From a candidate division FCPU426 bacterium (GTDB taxonomy: Bacteria; Oederibacteriota; Muellerivitia; Muellerivitales; Muellerivitaceae): a stretch of 64,000 nt of DNA. Location: the NCBI GenBank assembly GCA_963830915.1, contig CAWHOE010000006.1, positions 32,001-96,000 of the forward strand, read 5' to 3'. The position numbers and the translations under genes were made by a program. The notes beneath the pieces are model-generated. The model was given only the letters and a program-made list of their open reading frames with translations. It had not been told where the DNA came from and did no database searches. Positions 62,414 through 64,000 of the stretch are shown in pieces (the stretch's first letter is position 1; the number at the start of each line of letters is the position of its first letter).

Positions 62414-64000
62414 GCCTCCGTGACGGGCGAACTGAAGGTGAGGGGCATCCCGACCGCCGTGAACGGCGGTTGGTTTTCGATAGGGAAAGCGGAAGGATCA
62501 TTGGCGTCACCCCGCAAAATTTGGTTCAAGGTGACGTTTTCCGGAAGCAGGCCGACGGTCAGGTTCTGGACCTGGATCACCAAAGTGGTCCAATCCACCC
62601 CATACTTGGCGCAGATCTTCATCCCAGCCCAGGGTGATACGCAAGTTGATGATGTCGCTTGGATGGCACCCGCACTTGGTCGTGAGGTAAATGATGATGT
62701 AAGTAATCTCAGGTGACAGATTCAACTGTCGGGCCTCGTCCACGATCCCCACCGAACAGCCGAGGGCGGTCGCTACCTGGAGGTCTGTATTCGCGTAAGT
62801 CATCGCCGGAGTACAGGTCGGCGTAGGGATAAAGGGTGAGGGTGTGGGAGTTGGCGTGAAAGTGTCGATAGGTGTGGGGGTTAGTGTAGGAGAAAAAGTA
62901 TTGGTCGGAGTCGAGGTCGAGGTTGGGCTCAAGGTGGAGGTAATGGTGGGCGTAATTGTCGGTGTTGAGGTCCAAGTCGGAGGATTAATACAGTTGGTCA
63001 AAATATAATTGATCATTGTCGGGGTGGGTGACGGGGTGTAGTTTGCCACTGGAGTGGCGTTTAGGTTGCAGACGCAGTTACTGGGATTACCCGGTGTAAT
63101 TGATTTGAAGCAAAGCATCACCCCCGAGCGGTTACCAACAAATAATTGTCCGTCCGCTTCGGCCCAACCTACAAAAGTGACGTCCACTCCGTGATGAAGT
63201 CTCCATTCGATCTGGCCGGTCTGGCCGTCCAGGCTGTAATAATCCCCGTGGCAGGCGGAGATATATACTTTTCCACAAGCCACAAAGGCGCTGTTCAAAG
63301 CGAAATTGCCGGTCAGAAGTGTGCACCAGATCTTCGCGCCGGTGAATCGGTTGAGTCCCCAGACACGCCAGGAATCCCCCGGCACAATGAGAATGTCGCC
63401 ACACAATGCCATGTTGCCGCTGGTGTTCCCAATGATGGTGTGGGTGTCAGCTGTCCAAACCAGGGTCCCGTCAGTCCGGCTACGACATTCCACCTGGCTC
63501 AATACACCAAGGCTGTAAATATATTCATCGGAAAGAAGCAGGCTATTATGACGGATCAAGTTTTGTTTTACATGCCACTGAACTGTACCATTCACGGCGT
63601 TTAGACAAAATAGATCTCCGTTCATAGTACCAAGATAAATGAAACCATTGTCATAAGCCGGTGTGCAGGTGGCGTCCTGGAACGGCTGGCCAAAGTAGGT
63701 ACTGAAATCTAAATGCCAGATTACGTTCCTGGTATCCGGGTCTAGGCACAAAAAGCCGAATCCGCCATTGCCCACAAAGAGTTTTCCATTAGCATAAAGA
63801 GGGCAGGAATATTGCTCGAGATAATCCGCGGATTGATGATTGTAAGTCCAGATCACATTCCCTGTCTGAATGTCCAGGGCCAATGTATCTCCATTGTAGC
63901 AGCCAACATAAAGTAGGTTACGGTCGCCGTCTAAAGTCGGTGCGTTCCATATGGATGTCTGGTTATTACATACCCAGGTCCAGAGTATTTTCCCAGTTGA
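62404..64000 (-). CDS. PQQ-like beta-propeller paralog, 5'-truncated, with short stalk and small C-terminal domain; apparent frameshift near 62617
   Basis: Frame open to the window edge; shares IVPGDSWR, SACHGDYY and LDGQTG with its neighbour; deleting one base joins LGWDE to ICAKYGVDW in ORF 62404-62622. Confidence 0.78.

Noticed and set aside
1..64000. T9SS core genes, cohesin/dockerin modules, SusC/SusD, transposases, tRNA or rRNA
   Set aside because: None recognisable in this window; they may exist elsewhere in the genome.

Overview
GC-rich bacterial window with about 28 genes, most of them very large exported proteins. Eleven share one design: a variable N-terminal head (glycoside hydrolase, esterase, beta-propeller, DUF11 or lectin-like), a 90-900 aa Thr-rich stalk in T-x-T-x register, and a C-terminal Ig/FlgD-like domain ending G[LVI]Y...[KR]xxxx[RK]-stop that resembles the T9SS type-A sorting signal. 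A PorV/PorQ-family beta-barrel gene overlaps the stop codon of one of them. Sigma70-like promoters and Shine-Dalgarno motifs argue against a Bacteroidota host, so a T9SS-like export or display system in another lineage is the main hypothesis; no T9SS core genes are in the window. Embedded is a probable beta-mannan locus (GH130, sugar-binding lipoprotein, GH5-like enzyme, CE2, SASA-type esterase, GH44, CBM59-like modules) with a LacI gene and a repeated TTAAAACGTTTTAA operator. Also present: AraC regulator, SDR, TPR and GT-C-like membrane protein genes, crcB with DUF190, a GATase1, and REP-like elements. Six apparent small frameshifts are probably sequencing errors. All family calls come from motifs recognised by eye; no searches were run.
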